The position numbers were made by a program, and so were the translations under genes. DNA of 64,000 nucleotides from an uncultured Acidimicrobiia bacterium (GTDB lineage: Bacteria > Acidobacteriota > Terriglobia > Versatilivoradales > Versatilivoraceae). Under the pieces are notes generated by a model. The model saw nothing but the letters and a program-made list of their open reading frames with translations. It did no database searches and was not told where the DNA came from. Shown in pieces: positions 1-12,314 of the stretch; within the stretch, counting starts at the first letter, position 1; the number at the start of each line of letters is the position of its first letter. Location of the stretch: positions 416,001-480,000 of the forward strand of contig CAWBAT010000006.1 of NCBI GenBank assembly GCA_963786955.1. The letters run 5' to 3'.

Positions 1-424
1 GAAGGGAATGCGCCATTTCCGCCAGAGCCTTGAGCCCTCCGCGCGAGCTTGATCCCCGGGCAGCACCGTACCCCTGCTTTTGAATACAGCGGGCGATGTA
101 TTCGCCATCGAAGTTCTGGCTCGTCATGACAACCATACCTCTTTTTCTCCAATAATAGATCGCCGGGAATATTCGACCGTGCCAGAACGCGAAAATGGGG
201 CGCTTGCCTTCCTGATAGATCTGGTCGAGGTGTTCATCTCCCTGACTTTCCCAGCGAATGGTTCTCCCGATCAAACTCACGAGCCATGAAGCCACTTGAG
301 CAATGACTGGGATGGTAATCTTCTGCCAAACTGTGAACTCACGACGGATAGCCCAGTACGCTACTCCACGGGAATCGGCGCTCTCGGAACGAGCGTTTTC
401 TTGATTTGGTTTGCCAGTGGACAT
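1..424 (-). CDS. DUF374 / lysophospholipid acyltransferase family protein, runs off window start
   Basis: Manual minus-strand translation from ATG 424: ...PIFAFWHGRIFPAIYYWRKRGMVVMTSQNFDGEYIARCIQKQGYGAARGSSSRGG, the typical WH..S...DGE..RGSS.RGG motifs. Missing from the ORF track because no stop falls inside the window. Confidence 0.85.
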   Translation of the reverse strand, partial: MSTGKPNQENARSESADSRGVAYWAIRREFTVWQKITIPVIAQVASWLVSLIGRTIRWESQGDEHLDQIYQEGKRPIFAFWHGRIFPAIYYWRKRGMVVMTSQNFDGEYIARCIQKQGYGAARGSSSRGGLKALAEMAHSL

Positions 425-559
425 CTTAAATGAGAAGACATTGGACAGAGCCAGCTTCTGGCTCCGCGTGATAACCCCTTCGGGGGTCCTGGATCGCACA
501 ACGGGAAAGTGTTGACTCAAATTGCACGGCCACGGACGAGCAGAGGCGAATGGTTCCGG

Positions 560-1552
560 TCAGTCTTCCTTCCGAAGCTCTTTCACCATCTCAGTCAGCA
601 CCGGAACGATTTGAAAAACATCGCCTACGATTCCGTAATCCGCCACGCTAAAGATTGGCGCATTCGGATCTTTGTTAATGGCTACAATACAACCAGAGTT
701 GGACATGCCGACCAGATGCTGAATTGCACCGGATATCCCGCAGGCGATATAGAGCTTCGGAGACACGGTCTGGCCCGAACTTCCAATTTGATGCTCTTTG
801 GGCAGCCATTCCCCGTCCGTTACCGGTCGGGAGGCCCCCAAAGCTGCCCCCAGTGCTTCGCCCAACTCCACAATGATTTGAAATTTCTCTTTGCTCCCCA
901 GTCCTCTTCCCCCGGCGACGATGATCTCTGCCTGGCTTAGATCGACCTTGCCTTGGACGGCCTGGACAACTTGCAGGACTTTCCTCTTGAGCAAGGTTTC
1001 CGGTAGGTCCGCATTGAAGTCAACAACTCGAGGCAAGAGACTTGAGTTCACCTCATAGGCACTGAAGGCTCCTTGCTGCAGGGAAACAAAATAGGGCGGC
1101 TCTCCTTTTAATCCCGCATGCAAATTGAGCTTCCCATAATATACCTGGCGCAGAAAAACTGGCCGCCCCTCCTCAATCTGGAATTCCACACAGTTGGGAA
1201 TAAACCCACGGTCAAGGCTTGCGGCCAGTCTGGGAGCGAAGTCCATCACCTGGTAGGTGTGCCCCATCAAGAACAAGTAAGGATTTTCTCTGGCTGCCAA
1301 CTGCTTCAAGGCCGCACAATAGGCTTCGGGAGTGTAGTCCATGAGGATGGGGGACGTCACATGGATGACCGTTTCCCCGGTTCTGTCGGCAACCCCACGG
1401 GCAAGTTCTTCGATGCCATCTCCCAACACGACGACGTTCAGTTCCTTGCCCAATTTTTGCGCAAGCGTCTGCCCAAACCCGATGGTCTCCCAGGCGATTG
1501 ATTTCAATTTCCCTGCCCTATGTTCCGCCAGGGCGAAAATTTTTTCTGACAT
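560..1552 (-). CDS. etfA: Electron transfer flavoprotein alpha subunit
   Basis: 330 aa ORF with the FAD-binding signature QIGSSGQTVSPKLYIACGISGAIQHLVGM and AINKDPNAPIF. Confidence 0.96.
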   Translation of the reverse strand: MSEKIFALAEHRAGKLKSIAWETIGFGQTLAQKLGKELNVVVLGDGIEELARGVADRTGETVIHVTSPILMDYTPEAYCAALKQLAARENPYLFLMGHTYQVMDFAPRLAASLDRGFIPNCVEFQIEEGRPVFLRQVYYGKLNLHAGLKGEPPYFVSLQQGAFSAYEVNSSLLPRVVDFNADLPETLLKRKVLQVVQAVQGKVDLSQAEIIVAGGRGLGSKEKFQIIVELGEALGAALGASRPVTDGEWLPKEHQIGSSGQTVSPKLYIACGISGAIQHLVGMSNSGCIVAINKDPNAPIFSVADYGIVGDVFQIVPVLTEMVKELRKED

Positions 1553-2347
1553 CTAGAGCACCTTCGCCACTTTCCGCAACTGTTCGACCAGCGCCCTGGC
1601 CGTTTCATCCGGGGTTCCGGTAAGCAGCATCGTCTTTTTCTTTTTTTCCGGGAAAGAAAATTTCAGGTGTTGAATTTTGGAACCCTGTTCGCCTACTTCT
1701 TCCGGGGTTAGTCCCAAATCCGTACAAGTATATTCTCTGATTTCCTTTTTCTTGGCCTGCATGATTCCCTTCAAAGTTGCATAACGCGGCTGGTTTATCC
1801 CAGACTGAATGGTGAGAACAGCCGGGAGAGGGATCTCTACCTCCTCGAAGAGATTGCTTTCTAATTCACGTCGGATGCGGGCTGGACAGCCTTCACCTTT
1901 GATTTCCGCCTCAATGACCATGGTGGCATGAAACCAGCTCAGGAAATGCGCAACGAGAGTTCCCGTTTGTCCAAACGACAAGTCGTCCGACTGGACTCCG
2001 GTAAACACCACATCAACGTGTTCCTTTTGAATGGCCCGTGCCAAGGCTCGTGCAGTCACAAACGCGTCACTACCAATAAACGCCGGATCATTGACGTGGA
2101 TCCCTCGGTCTGCCCCCATCGCGAGGGCATTCTTGAGAGTCTTCATCACACGATCCCTACCCAGAGAAAGAACGACTACTTCTCCCCCGAGTTTCTCTTT
2201 GAGCCGGAGGGCCTCTTCCAGCGCATACTGGTCACTTTCATTGGTTTCAAAAACCAGGTCTTCTTCTTGGATGGACACTCCCGATGCGTCAATTTTAAAT
2301 CGGGAGTCTTTTTCGGGAACCTGTTTGAGGCAAACGAGAATTTGCAT
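1553..2347 (-). CDS. etfB: Electron transfer flavoprotein beta subunit
   Basis: MQILVCLKQVP, ALAMGADRG, INQPRYATLKGIMQAKKK; abuts etfA. Confidence 0.96.
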   Translation of the reverse strand: MQILVCLKQVPEKDSRFKIDASGVSIQEEDLVFETNESDQYALEEALRLKEKLGGEVVVLSLGRDRVMKTLKNALAMGADRGIHVNDPAFIGSDAFVTARALARAIQKEHVDVVFTGVQSDDLSFGQTGTLVAHFLSWFHATMVIEAEIKGEGCPARIRRELESNLFEEVEIPLPAVLTIQSGINQPRYATLKGIMQAKKKEIREYTCTDLGLTPEEVGEQGSKIQHLKFSFPEKKKKTMLLTGTPDETARALVEQLRKVAKVL

Positions 2348-2356
2348 GGCGTCTTT

Positions 2357-2820
2357 TTACAGTGCGCTCAGGGCCTGGACCAATTCCTTATTATCGCGTT
2401 GCTGTGGAATGTCATAGACTTTGACGTAGCGGACGATTCCTTCTCGATCAATAATCACCGTAGCTCTATTGAGTGATCCCTTTGTCTGCCAGATAAAGCC
2501 CAAATTTTTCCGCAACGTTCCCTTTGGGATGAAAGTCGGCGAGCAAGGGGTATCCTATTTTTAAATGTTGAGCAAAGGCTTTATGAGTCCAGGCACTATC
2601 GACGCTGATACCCAAGACCTGCGCATTCAGGGTTTCAAATTGTTTTAAGTCGTCAAGAAAGCAGGCATGTTCTTTGCTGCAAACAGGACTAAAATCGAGT
2701 GGATAAAAGGCCAATACAACATTCTTGCCCTTGAAACCCGATAAACTGACTTCATTTTGATTTTGATCTTTAAGTTTAAAGTCCGGGAGCTTGTTGACCT
2801 GCTTTGATGACTTCTGCCAT
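2357..2820 (-). CDS. Peroxiredoxin (AhpC/TSA, AhpE-like), split by two indels
   Basis: Fragments MAEVIKAGQQA / DFKLKDQNQNEVSLSGFKGKNVVLAFYPLDFSPVCSKE (PxxxS/TxxC) / RATVIIDREGIVRY; GGAGG RBS upstream of ATG 2820. Confidence 0.88.
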
Positions 2821-3048
2821 GATTCCTCCAGATTGTGTTAAGATTCGTACCTTCTGTCATACTGACTTTTCTTCAATTGACGAAAACCGACGACGAGAGC
2901 CGTGTTTCGTCGTAAGAGTTATTTACCTTATTGCATCCATCCAAGGTTGTCAATACCGCCACCCTGAGTCAAGGTTCCAGAAACTTAGACTCTCACGGAT
3001 GGAAGCGGACTCCTGATCTGTGAAGTCAAGTCCTCAGGAAAGTACCAA

Positions 3049-4070
3049 ATGATGAGAACTCAACCGACGGGTATTCGCCTCAATTACCCTCTCCTTCCTG
3101 GCTGGCTGATGCGAGGGTTAACATTCCTTTGCATCGTCGGATTGATGATTCTATTGAGCTCTTGCGGCCGAAGAAAGCAAAGAGTCGTCGCAGTAGTTCC
3201 AAAGGGACATGGGAGTATTTTTTGGGAAACAGTTCATGCAGGGGCACGAGCGGCCGGAGCAAAATTTGGCGTTTCTATTCTTTGGAACGGTCCTGCTTCG
3301 GAAATCGAAGTCAGTAAGCAGATTAATATTGTCGAAGATTTCATCAATCGCCATGTTGACGGCCTTGTTGTCGCTCCATCAGATTCTAAGGCTCTGGTAC
3401 CCGTCATTGAAAGCGCCTCAGCACACGGGATTCCCGTAACGATTTTTGACTCGGGGGCGCAGACCGAGAACTACATCTCGTTTGTCTCTACCGACAACTA
3501 CCAAGGAGGCGTCACGGCAGCCCATCGGATGGCCCAAATTTTAAAGCAGACCGGAAATGTGGCTATCGTCGGGGTACTCCCGGGCAGCGCTTCAACCACC
3601 CAACGTGAGGAAGGATTTAAGGCGACGCTGGCTAAACAATACCCGAATCTCAAGGATCGTCGCTTTTCAATACGGAATGGCAGATCGCGCCAGGTCGTTA
3701 GCTGTCACAGAAGACATTCTGACGGCTAACCCCGGACTGGACGGGATCTTCGGCCCCAATGAGTCGAGCGCTCTCGGAGCCTCCCAGGCAGTCAAAATGC
3801 GGGGGCTTGCCAATAAGGTCAAAATCGTTGGGTTCGACTCTTCACCTAGTCTCATCACCGATATCCAAGAAGGCATTATCGATTCTCTGGTCGTGCAGAA
3901 TCCTTTCGTCGATGGGATTTGAGGGGGTAAGAACAATTTGTGAAAAACTCGATGGAAAAACTCCGCCGCGCCGCCTCGATACGGGTGTTACCCTTGTGAC
4001 GAAAGAAAATCTCTCCGATCCCAAAATCCAACAGCTACTCAATCCGGAATTGAAAAATTACAAAGAATAA
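3049..4070 (+). CDS. Sugar (ribose/RbsB-like) ABC transporter periplasmic binding lipoprotein, frameshifted
   Basis: Lipobox-like LSSC, VSTDNYQGG, KIVGFDSS, LVVQNPF spread over ORFs 3049-3729, 3557-3922 and 3759-4070. Confidence 0.88.
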
Positions 4071-5048
4071 TGAAAGATATCCTCCGGAAGCTTCTTCCGT
4101 ATCTCTGCTTCGCTGCACTCTTCCTTCTGCTATCCATCCTCTCCCCATACTTCCTGACGTTCGCAAACCTTTCTACCGTCGCCCGGCAGACTGCCGTTAT
4201 TAATATTATCGCCATCGGAATGACTCTCGTCATTATCTCGGGCGGGGTCGACCTCTCAGTCGGCTCTGTCCTTGCATTGACCGGGGTGTGTGGGACTTTA
4301 CTCATGGAAAAAGGTGTGCCCATGTTCCCCGCGACTCTTCTAGGGATTTTGGCGGGAGCCACTTGGGGGTTATTGACTGGATTCGTCATCACCCTTTTCA
4401 AGGTTCCGCGCGTTTATTGCCACACTGGGAGGATTAGGGATGGCAAGAGGGTTGTCCCTGTTGATCACGGATGGGAGGCCCGTGACGGAGATCCCGAAGG
4501 GATTTGGCAGGTTGGGAGATGGGAATTTTTTGAAAGTTATTCCAATCCCAGTCGTGATCCTGGTCGGCGTCGCTTGCGTGATCTCTTATGTCCTTCGCTA
4601 TACCCGTCTGGGGAGATACGCCTATGCGATGGGTGGCAACCGGCAGGCTGCTTATCTTTCCGGAGTGAACCTGACCTTATGCAGCCTCTCATTTTACACG
4701 ATTCTCGGCGCCCTCACGGGTTTGGCGGGAATGATCGAGTCCTCCAGACTTATCACTGGACAGCCAACTGCCGGCGAAGGTTACGAACTGAGAGCCATTG
4801 CCGCCGTGGTGATTGGAGGAGGAAGCCTCAATGGCGGGGCGGGGTCTGTATCTGGGACCACCATCGCGGCATTTATCATGAGTCTCCTCAGCAATGGCTG
4901 TAACCTGCTGGATATCTCTCCTTTCATCCAACAAATTCTCATCGGAGCCATTATTGTTTTGGCTGTAGCGGTAGACGAATACCGCCGCCGGAAAGTCGGG
5001 TTAGTTTGTTGTGAAAATTCGGCTGGACGCGGCCAAAAACCCTTATGA
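4070..5048 (+). CDS. Sugar ABC transporter permease (RbsC-like), frameshifted near 4410
   Basis: GMTLVIISGGVDLSVGS and GYELRAIAAVVIGGGSLNGG motifs in two overlapping ORFs. Confidence 0.9.
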
Positions 5049-5184
5049 CGGGCTCCGGGCAGGAAAACAAACGAGCATAGACGCTGAACTATTTGAAAAT
5101 CGGGTGCTTGATTCTGGAAGTAATCCAATCGTTCTTTTCCTCCGAAACAGAGGATAGCCTGCTCTTAGCAATTCCTGGCCTAGC

Positions 5185-5788
5185 TTGTGGCCTAAAAGGA
5201 GAAATCAATGGACTCTCTCGGATCTCTTTTATTTCCTATGCATCGGAGTGGTTATAATACATCCCCCTCTTTCTTTTGCACAAAATATTCCACCCTTAAT
5301 TGGAACTGAAATCAAGAACCCGGGAATCAAGATTCCAAACCCCATGGAACAAACTGGAGCTCAACGACAGAGCAACCATGGTCAGCAAACACCCACAAAA
5401 GCGCAGGAGAATGAAATTGGCAAGTTTATCGGGGGTCTAACCTCCGCCTATGGCAGCAGAAATCGCGAACTTGTTGCCTCTTCTTACTCACAAGACTCTG
5501 GATTAATCATTTTTTGGAACGGGAAGCGTTTAAACGGAGCCAATGGATTCAGTCAAGCCCTGGAGGGGTGGCTGAACCAGGTCGATACTCTTTCCATCGA
5601 GTTGCAGAGCCCGAAATTCACATATTGGGTCGATTCGCCTGGGTGTCCAGCCAATGCGGGTGAGAACCTGCAAAGTGGGAGTTGAGTCGACATTCGAAGG
5701 GACAATGACCTGGATTCTTGAAAGAAAGCGATCTGCCTGGGTCATCCTCCATGAACACCGCACTCTCCTGCCGGTTGAATCAAAATAA
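5185..5788 (+). CDS. Exported SnoaL/NTF2-like fold protein, frameshifted
   Basis: N-terminal hydrophobic stretch; the shifted frame ends ...FEGTMTWILERKRSAWVILHEHRTLL, typical of NTF2-like C-termini. Confidence 0.6.
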
Positions 5789-5872
5789 TGTCGACAGAAC
5801 AATCCCCCCAAACCAAGCCAGATGGAGCCCCTAATTCCTGGCCAATCGGGCCATTGCAGATTAAGCTAATAT

Positions 5873-5918
5873 ATACTATATTTTGTGTTGGGTTGAGTAG
5901 AACACCCATTATTTTGTA
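5873..5918 (+). promoter_or_regulatory. Tandem NrdR boxes upstream of the class II RNR
   Basis: ATACTATATTTTGTG (5873-5887) and ACCCATTATTTTGTA (5904-5918) match acaCwAtATaTwGtg, start 31 bp apart, and lie directly upstream of nrdJ. Confidence 0.8.
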
Positions 5919-5937
5919 CAAACTGGCAATTTTCTGC

Positions 5938-5965
5938 TTGACAAATAATCTGACCTGACTAGAAT
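5938..5965 (+). promoter_or_regulatory. Sigma70-type promoter for nrdJ
   Basis: TTGACA (5938-5943), 16 nt spacer, TAGAAT (5960-5965). Confidence 0.65.
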
Positions 5966-6111
5966 GCCACGCATTGCTGCAATGCCCTAAGGATCCAACC
6001 TGAAATTGTCCGCCAATACCGGCAAGGATTGCGGGATCTTGGGGCTAATAAAGGCAGTGCTGCGAGACAATTACCAAAAAGATCTACCTGTGCATGACAG
6101 GAGGAGTTAAA

Positions 6112-8815
6112 ATGCTACTCAAGGAGAGATCTGAGCGAGGAGAGGCTACAGCTTGGCACCAAGTACTGTTTCTTCAGAACGGTTGCTGCATTTCGAGAGG
6201 GTTTACACGACGCCCGGGCGTGCATCCATTTGATGAGATCAAATGGGAAAATCGAAAGGCATCCATATCGAATGAGAAAGGCGAGACCATTTTCGAACAA
6301 GCCGATGTAGAGGTTCCAGTCTAGTTGGTCCATGATGGCCACCAACGTGGTGGTTTCGAAGTATTTCCGCCGCTCGAACGATGGGAAAGGCCGCGAAAAT
6401 AGCGTCCGTCAGCTCATTGGAAGGGTCGTCAATACAATCTCTCATTGGGGCCGTGCAAGGGGGATATTTTGCGACCGCTGAGGAAGCGGATACTTTTGAG
6501 GCGGAGCTTTGTCATCTTCTGGTAGATCAGAAAGCCTCCTTTAATAGCCCTGTCTGGTTCAACTGCGGAATCGAGGCCAAGCCGCAGTGTTCAGCCTGTT
6601 TCATTAATTCCGTGCAAGATCGGATGGATTCGATATTGGACCTGGCAAAAACCGAAGGAATGCTTTTCAAATGGGGTAGCGGGACCGGAACGAATCTCTC
6701 GGTGATTCGTTCTTCCAAGGAATTGCTTTCAAGCGGAGGCCAAGCTTCCGGTCCGGTTTCATTTATGAAAGGGTATGACGCGTTTGCGGGCGTCATTAAG
6801 TCTGGCGGAAAGACGCGTCGTGCCGCCAAGATGGTGATCTTCAATGTTGATCACCCCGACATCTCGATTTTATTATCTGTAAGGAAGAAGAAGAGAAGAA
6901 GGCCTGGGCATTGATCGCTGCCGGATATGACAGTTCATTCAATGGTCCAGCCTACAGCTCTGTCTTTCTTCCAGAACTCGAACAACAGCGTTCGTGTGAC
7001 GGACGAGTTCATGAAGGCGGTAAGTCGAAGACAAGGAGTGGAGTACGCGGGCGGTCACGACAGGCCAGCCAATGGAAACCTACAAGGCCAGAGAACTGAT
7101 GAAGAGCATGGCCAAAGCGGCTCATATTTGTGGAGACCCTGGTATGCAGTATGACGGCACTATCAACAATTGGCATACCTGCTCCAATACGGCGCGTATC
7201 AATGCCTCTAATCCTTGCAGTGAGTACATGTTCCTGGATGACACGGCCTGCAATCTCTCTTCTCTCAATCTCATGAAGTTTCGCAATCCCAGCGGGGATT
7301 TGGATGTTGAGAAATTCAGACACGCCGTGGATGTCATGATCACGGCCCAGGAAATTATTGTTGCCAATGCCAGCTACCCAACACCTGCGATCGGAAAAGA
7401 ACAGCCATCTTTTCCGACCTTTGGGGCTGGGTTATGCCAATCTGGGTGCCTTGCTGATGTCGCTTGGCATCCCTTACGACAGTGACTCGGGCAGATCTTA
7501 CGCTGCGGCCATCACGGCTCTGATGTGCGGTCAGGCTTATCACACCTCGGCTCTGATTGCTGGAGATTTGGGTCCCTTTGCCGAATTTCCGATCAATCGG
7601 GAACCGATGTTGCAGGTGATTCGGAAACATCGGGCAGCCGCCGCAAAAGATCAATCCGACCCATGATTCCTTCAGATCTTTACACTGCCGCCCAGCGCGC
7701 CTGGAGTGACGCATTGGCCACCGGAGAACAGAACGGCTATAAAAACTCCCAGGTCACTGTATTGGCTCCAACGGGAACGATTGGTTTCATGATGGACTGC
7801 GATACCACTGGCGTTGAGCCGGACATCGCCTTGGTCAAATACAAGAAATTGGTGGGCGGCGGTCTGCTTAAGATCGTGAATCAGACCGTCCCGGAAGCTC
7901 TGCGGCGTTTGAAATATTCCGACGCACAAATCAATGACATCATCAAGTACATTGATGAAAATGAAACGATTGAAGGCGCCCCCACCTTAAAGAGGATCAT
8001 TTGCCCGTCTTTGACTGTGCGTTTAAGCCTCTCAATGGAGTCCGTTCAATCCACTACACGGGCCACTTGAAAATGATGGCTGCCGTGCAACCTTTTCTGT
8101 CGGGGCCATTTCCAAGACTGTCAATATGCCGGAAGAAGTGACGGTTGAGGAAGTTGAACAGGCCTATATCGAAGGGTGGAAGCTGGGACTCAAATCCCTG
8201 GCGATTTATCGCGATGGATCTAAGCGCTCTCAACCTTTGAATACAAGTCTGCAGGAGGCCAAACAGGAGAGCCGCCAAACCGATTCGCCGCCGTCTACCG
8301 GATGAACGAAAATCGATCACACACAAGTTCAGCATTGCGGGTCATGACGGATACATTACCGTGGGAATGTACGATGACGGAACCCCGGTGAGATTTTCGT
8401 CGTGATGGCGAAACAGGGCTCGGTCGTTTCCGGGTTGATGGATACAGTGGCCACATCAATTTCTCTGGCCTTGCAGTATGGGGTTCCCTTGAAGGTGTTG
8501 GTCGATAAGTTCAGCCATAGCCGGTTTGAGCCTTCTGGGTTTACCAACAACCCTTCGATACCAATCGCGAAATCAATTGTCGATTACATTTTCCGCTGGC
8601 TTGGGCAAAAATTCCTCTCAACGGCAGAACATGTTCCAGCCGGGAATTCCGGATCGGCAGAAGTGGGACAGGCAGAATCCATGCAGATTCATGAGCGCCA
8701 GGTGTTCCAGTCGCAAGCCGATGCACCACCTTGTCCTGAATGCGGCGCCATCATGGTTCGCAATGCGGCTTGTTATAAATGTCTCAATTGCGGGACGACC
8801 AACGGATGCAGCTAG
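6112..8815 (+). CDS. nrdJ: Vitamin B12-dependent (class II) ribonucleotide reductase, split by multiple indels
   Basis: [55 protein letters not shown]-terminal TSCPD-like region and [13 protein letters not shown] across consecutive ORFs. Confidence 0.93.
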
Positions 8816-8823
8816 TGTCTGGG

Positions 8824-8846
8824 GCGGGGAGCCCGGCACTCCTGCG
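8824..8846. terminator. GC-rich hairpin between convergent nrdJ and hinT
   Basis: GCGGGGAG-CCCGGCA-CTCCTGC imperfect stem at the convergent junction; no clear U-tract. Confidence 0.35.
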
Positions 8847-9193
8847 TCATCCTGGGGGCCAAAGCATCGGTCTCCCCGCCAATAAATGCAGATGGATGTG
8901 AAAGACAGATTGTCCAGCATTTGGTCCGGTATTGATGACCGTTCGGTAACCGGTTTTCTCGATTCCACGTTCAAGAGCAAGCTCCTTGGCGATGAAGACG
9001 AGGTGACCCAACAGTCGTTTCATCATCTGCTCCCATGTCGTTGAGGGACTCGATGTGTCTCTTGGGGATAACTAGCAGATGCACCGGCGCTTTAGGGATG
9101 AATGTCTTCAAACGCAAGGCAGTCATCGTCTTCGAAAATAATTTTCGCCGGAATTTCTTTCTTAGAGATCCGGCAGAAAACGCAGGTCGTCAT
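8847..9193 (-). CDS. hinT: Histidine triad nucleotide-binding protein (HinT), frameshifted
   Basis: Manual translation [31 protein letters not shown]...[13 protein letters not shown]...[34 protein letters not shown]. Confidence 0.88.
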
Positions 9194-9224
9194 CGTTCCT
9201 CTCCTCTCCAATAAGGATTCCCGC

Positions 9225-10090
9225 TTAGGTGGATCCCTTCCTGGCAATGACTACGCGTGGAATTTGATTAAAGTCCGTTTTGACTTGAATCTGGTCCCAA
9301 CCCTCACCCAGCAGGCTAAACATTCATCTTTCATATTGAAGCCAATCTCCATTAATAAATAACCTCTGGGTCTGAGGGCGCGAAGGGCTTGGGGAATGAG
9401 ACGCTCGTAAATAGTTAACCCGCGTTTCCCCGCTACCAAGGCCAGCCGGGGCTCCCATCCACGAACTTCTCTTTGCAAACCGGAGAAATCTTTCTCCGAA
9501 ACATACGGCGGATTGGAGACGATCCCATCCAGAATTTCTCCTCCCAATTCTGTTTGAGCGAGGACAAGCAGATCCCCATGCAGAAATTCCACCCGAGGCA
9601 ACACGTGGTGCTTGGTTGCATTCCGTCTGGCTACTTCCAGGGCGGCAAGAGAAAGATCTACGGCATAAACACGGGCCGAAGAGAGCAGTACCGCTAAACT
9701 CACCGCAATGCACCCAGAACCAGTTCCCACATCCATAATTCTCGGGTTCCGGAACACGGCTGAAAGCACACGCTTCGCGCCGCTTCGACCAAAAGTTCAG
9801 TCTCGGGACGCGGGATCAAGACATCCGGAGTGACTTCAAATTCCATCCCTAGAAATTCCTGTACCCCGAGAATGTATTGCAAGGGTTTGCCTTGGCTGCG
9901 TTCTGTGACGAAAGCGAAAAAAATCAGCCAATCGCTGGGGCTCCAGCTCTTCACGGCCGTGAGCAATCAGGTAACTTCTTTCTTGTCCAGAGACATGGCG
10001 CAATAGAGACTCTACGTCTTGCGCGGAATTCCCGATTCCATGCTGCTCCAAAATTCCTCTGGCCTCAGCCAGAGCTTCGAAGATCTTCAT
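9225..10090 (-). CDS. prmC: Release factor glutamine methyltransferase, frameshifted
   Basis: [34 protein letters not shown]; directly downstream of prfA. Confidence 0.93.
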
Positions 10091-11215
10091 TGTTTTAAAG
10101 ATAGCGATGGGGGGATGACTGGGAACTGAACTAGGCGCTGATGGCCACTTCGCTTCTTTAGTCTCTCGGTCTGAAAGAATGTGACCAGAGCGTCGATCAC
10201 ATTCCCGATATCGCCTTCCATCATGCGGTCGAGCTGATGAATCGTGAGGCCGATACGGTGGTCGGTCAAACGATTTTGAGGGAAGTTATAGGTGCGAATT
10301 TTTTCGCTTCGATCTCCGGTTCCCACTTGAGATCTGCGGTCCTGCGCAATCGCCTTCCGTTGCTCTTCCAAGGCGAGATCGTAAAGACGTGAGCGCAGCA
10401 CGCGAAGTGCTTTTGACCGGTTCTTGATTTGAGACTTCTCATCCTGACAGGAAACAACCAAGCCAGTCGGCAAGTGAGTGATGCGTACGGCGGAATAAGT
10501 GGTGTTGACGGATTGTCCGCCTGGGCCGGAAGAACAGAATGTATCGATGCGCAGGTCTTTCTCACTGATAGCAATCTCGACTTCGTCAGCCTCCGGTAAA
10601 ACGGCGACCGTCACTGCTGATGTATGGACGCGACCGCTGCCCTCAGTGGCCGGAACCCGCTGAACACGGTGGACCCCGCTTTCGTACTTTAGACGGCTAA
10701 AGACCCGCTTGCCTTCGATAATGGCGATGACCTCTTTTAACCCGCCCACTCCCGAAGGACTGGAAGAAATGATCTCAACTTTCCAGCCTTGTGACTCGGC
10801 AAAACGTGAGTACATGCGGAAGATTTCTTGGGCAAACAAGCTCGCCTCATCTCCCCCTGTCCCCGCTCGAATTTCAAGTAAGACGTTCTTCTCGTCATTA
10901 GGATCCTTAGGGAGCAGGAGCAACTTGAGCTCTTCCTCGACCTTCGCGATCTTGCTTTCCAGCGAGGTCAGTTCTTCTTGGGCAAGGGCCCGAAGTTCTT
11001 CTTCTGACGCGTGGTCTATTAACATCTGCCGTGGCTTCGGCTATCTCAACCTTGAGCTGCTTATATTCCCGGTACTTTTCGACAATAGGGGTCAAATCAC
11101 TATGTGTCTTTGCATGTTTCTGGTATTTGGACGCATCCGCTAACACGTCGGGATCAATGATCAGGCGAGTGATCTCTTCGTACTTGGTTTCCAATAGTTC
11201 CAGCTTGTCAAACAT
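10087..11215 (-). CDS. prfA: Peptide chain release factor 1, one indel near 11030
   Basis: [19 protein letters not shown] (PxT motif), [20 protein letters not shown]; N-terminus [15 protein letters not shown] is in the adjacent frame. Confidence 0.96.
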
Positions 11216-11224
11216 GAAAGATAT

Positions 11225-12237
11225 TTAGGCCGTTGCCAGGTTGGGAGCCGATTTCTCCAACTGCAAAGCATCATCAAGAGCGTGAATGGCAATCTCCAGC
11301 TGGCTATCGTCGGGTTCCTTGGTCGTCACCCTCTGGAGCCATAGCCCGGGCAAGGTCAGCAGACTGAGAACAGGACTCTTATGATAAGCTGCAAAACGAA
11401 TGATCTCGTAAGAGATTCCGGCGATGAATGGAATCAAAATAACTCGCGATAGCAATTTGGGCAGGAATGAGTCAAACGGAATAAACGCATACACCAGCGT
11501 ACTGATCAACATAACCACCATCAAGAAGCTCGTTCCACAACGCGGATGCAAGGTGGAAAACTTCTTGGCATTCGATACCAAGAGGGGCTCATGAGATTCA
11601 AAAGTAAAAACTACTTTATGCTCTGCGCCGTGGTATTCAAACATTCTGCGAATATCGCGGAGACGAGAAACCAGAAAGATGTAGAGAAGAAAGACTCCCA
11701 TCCGGATCAAACCATCGACCAAACTAAATACGAAACGGTTGTCCAGGCTCGTGAGACGAATTTTCAACCAACTGGTCAGGAGGAGTGGGAGCACCTTGAA
11801 AAGAAGAATAAAAAATCCTAATGCGATCAAGATGTTTACGGTCATCAGCCAATTTGATATTTCGCGTCCTGCCTTCTGAGAGCTCTGCCGGTTCCCCGCT
11901 CTCCTGGGGAGGTTCGAAGCTGGATAGAATTTGTTCCGAAGAAAATTTTAGAGCACGAATCCCTAATGTAAAGGCTTGTCCCAATACCGAAACTCCTCGG
12001 ATGACTGGGTAGCCCCAGATCGATTTTCGGTCTGGGGGTCGGTTGTAACAGATCCCTCTTGACGACAATAGAACCATCCGGCTTCCTCACCGCAATCGAA
12101 TAGGAACGCGGGGAGCGCATCATCACACCTTCGAAAACGGCCTGCCCTCCGACGAGCACATCTTCGCCGGCATTCAAAAGAAATATCGTGAAGTTCGCAA
12201 TCCAAAGCTTCGCATTCCAAATTGCACGCAATAACAT
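11225..12237 (-). CDS. DUF1385 family membrane protein, frameshifted
   Basis: [38 protein letters not shown]; conserved rpmE-DUF1385-prfA order. Confidence 0.9.
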
Positions 12238-12314
12238 ATCGTAAATCCAGTTTCTCCTCAGAGATTTGTGCTGTTGAACCCCGTCGAACCGAAAAAGACA
12301 GAAAAACCGGCTAA

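Noticed and set aside
2357-2820. Peroxiredoxin as a selenoprotein
   Set aside because: The peroxidatic residue is encoded by TGC. The breaks are frameshifts, not in-frame TGA.
11020-11045. Programmed frameshift in the release factor gene
   Set aside because: The gene is RF1 (PxT motif), not RF2, and there is no CTT-TGA slippery site with an upstream SD. One extra base explains it.
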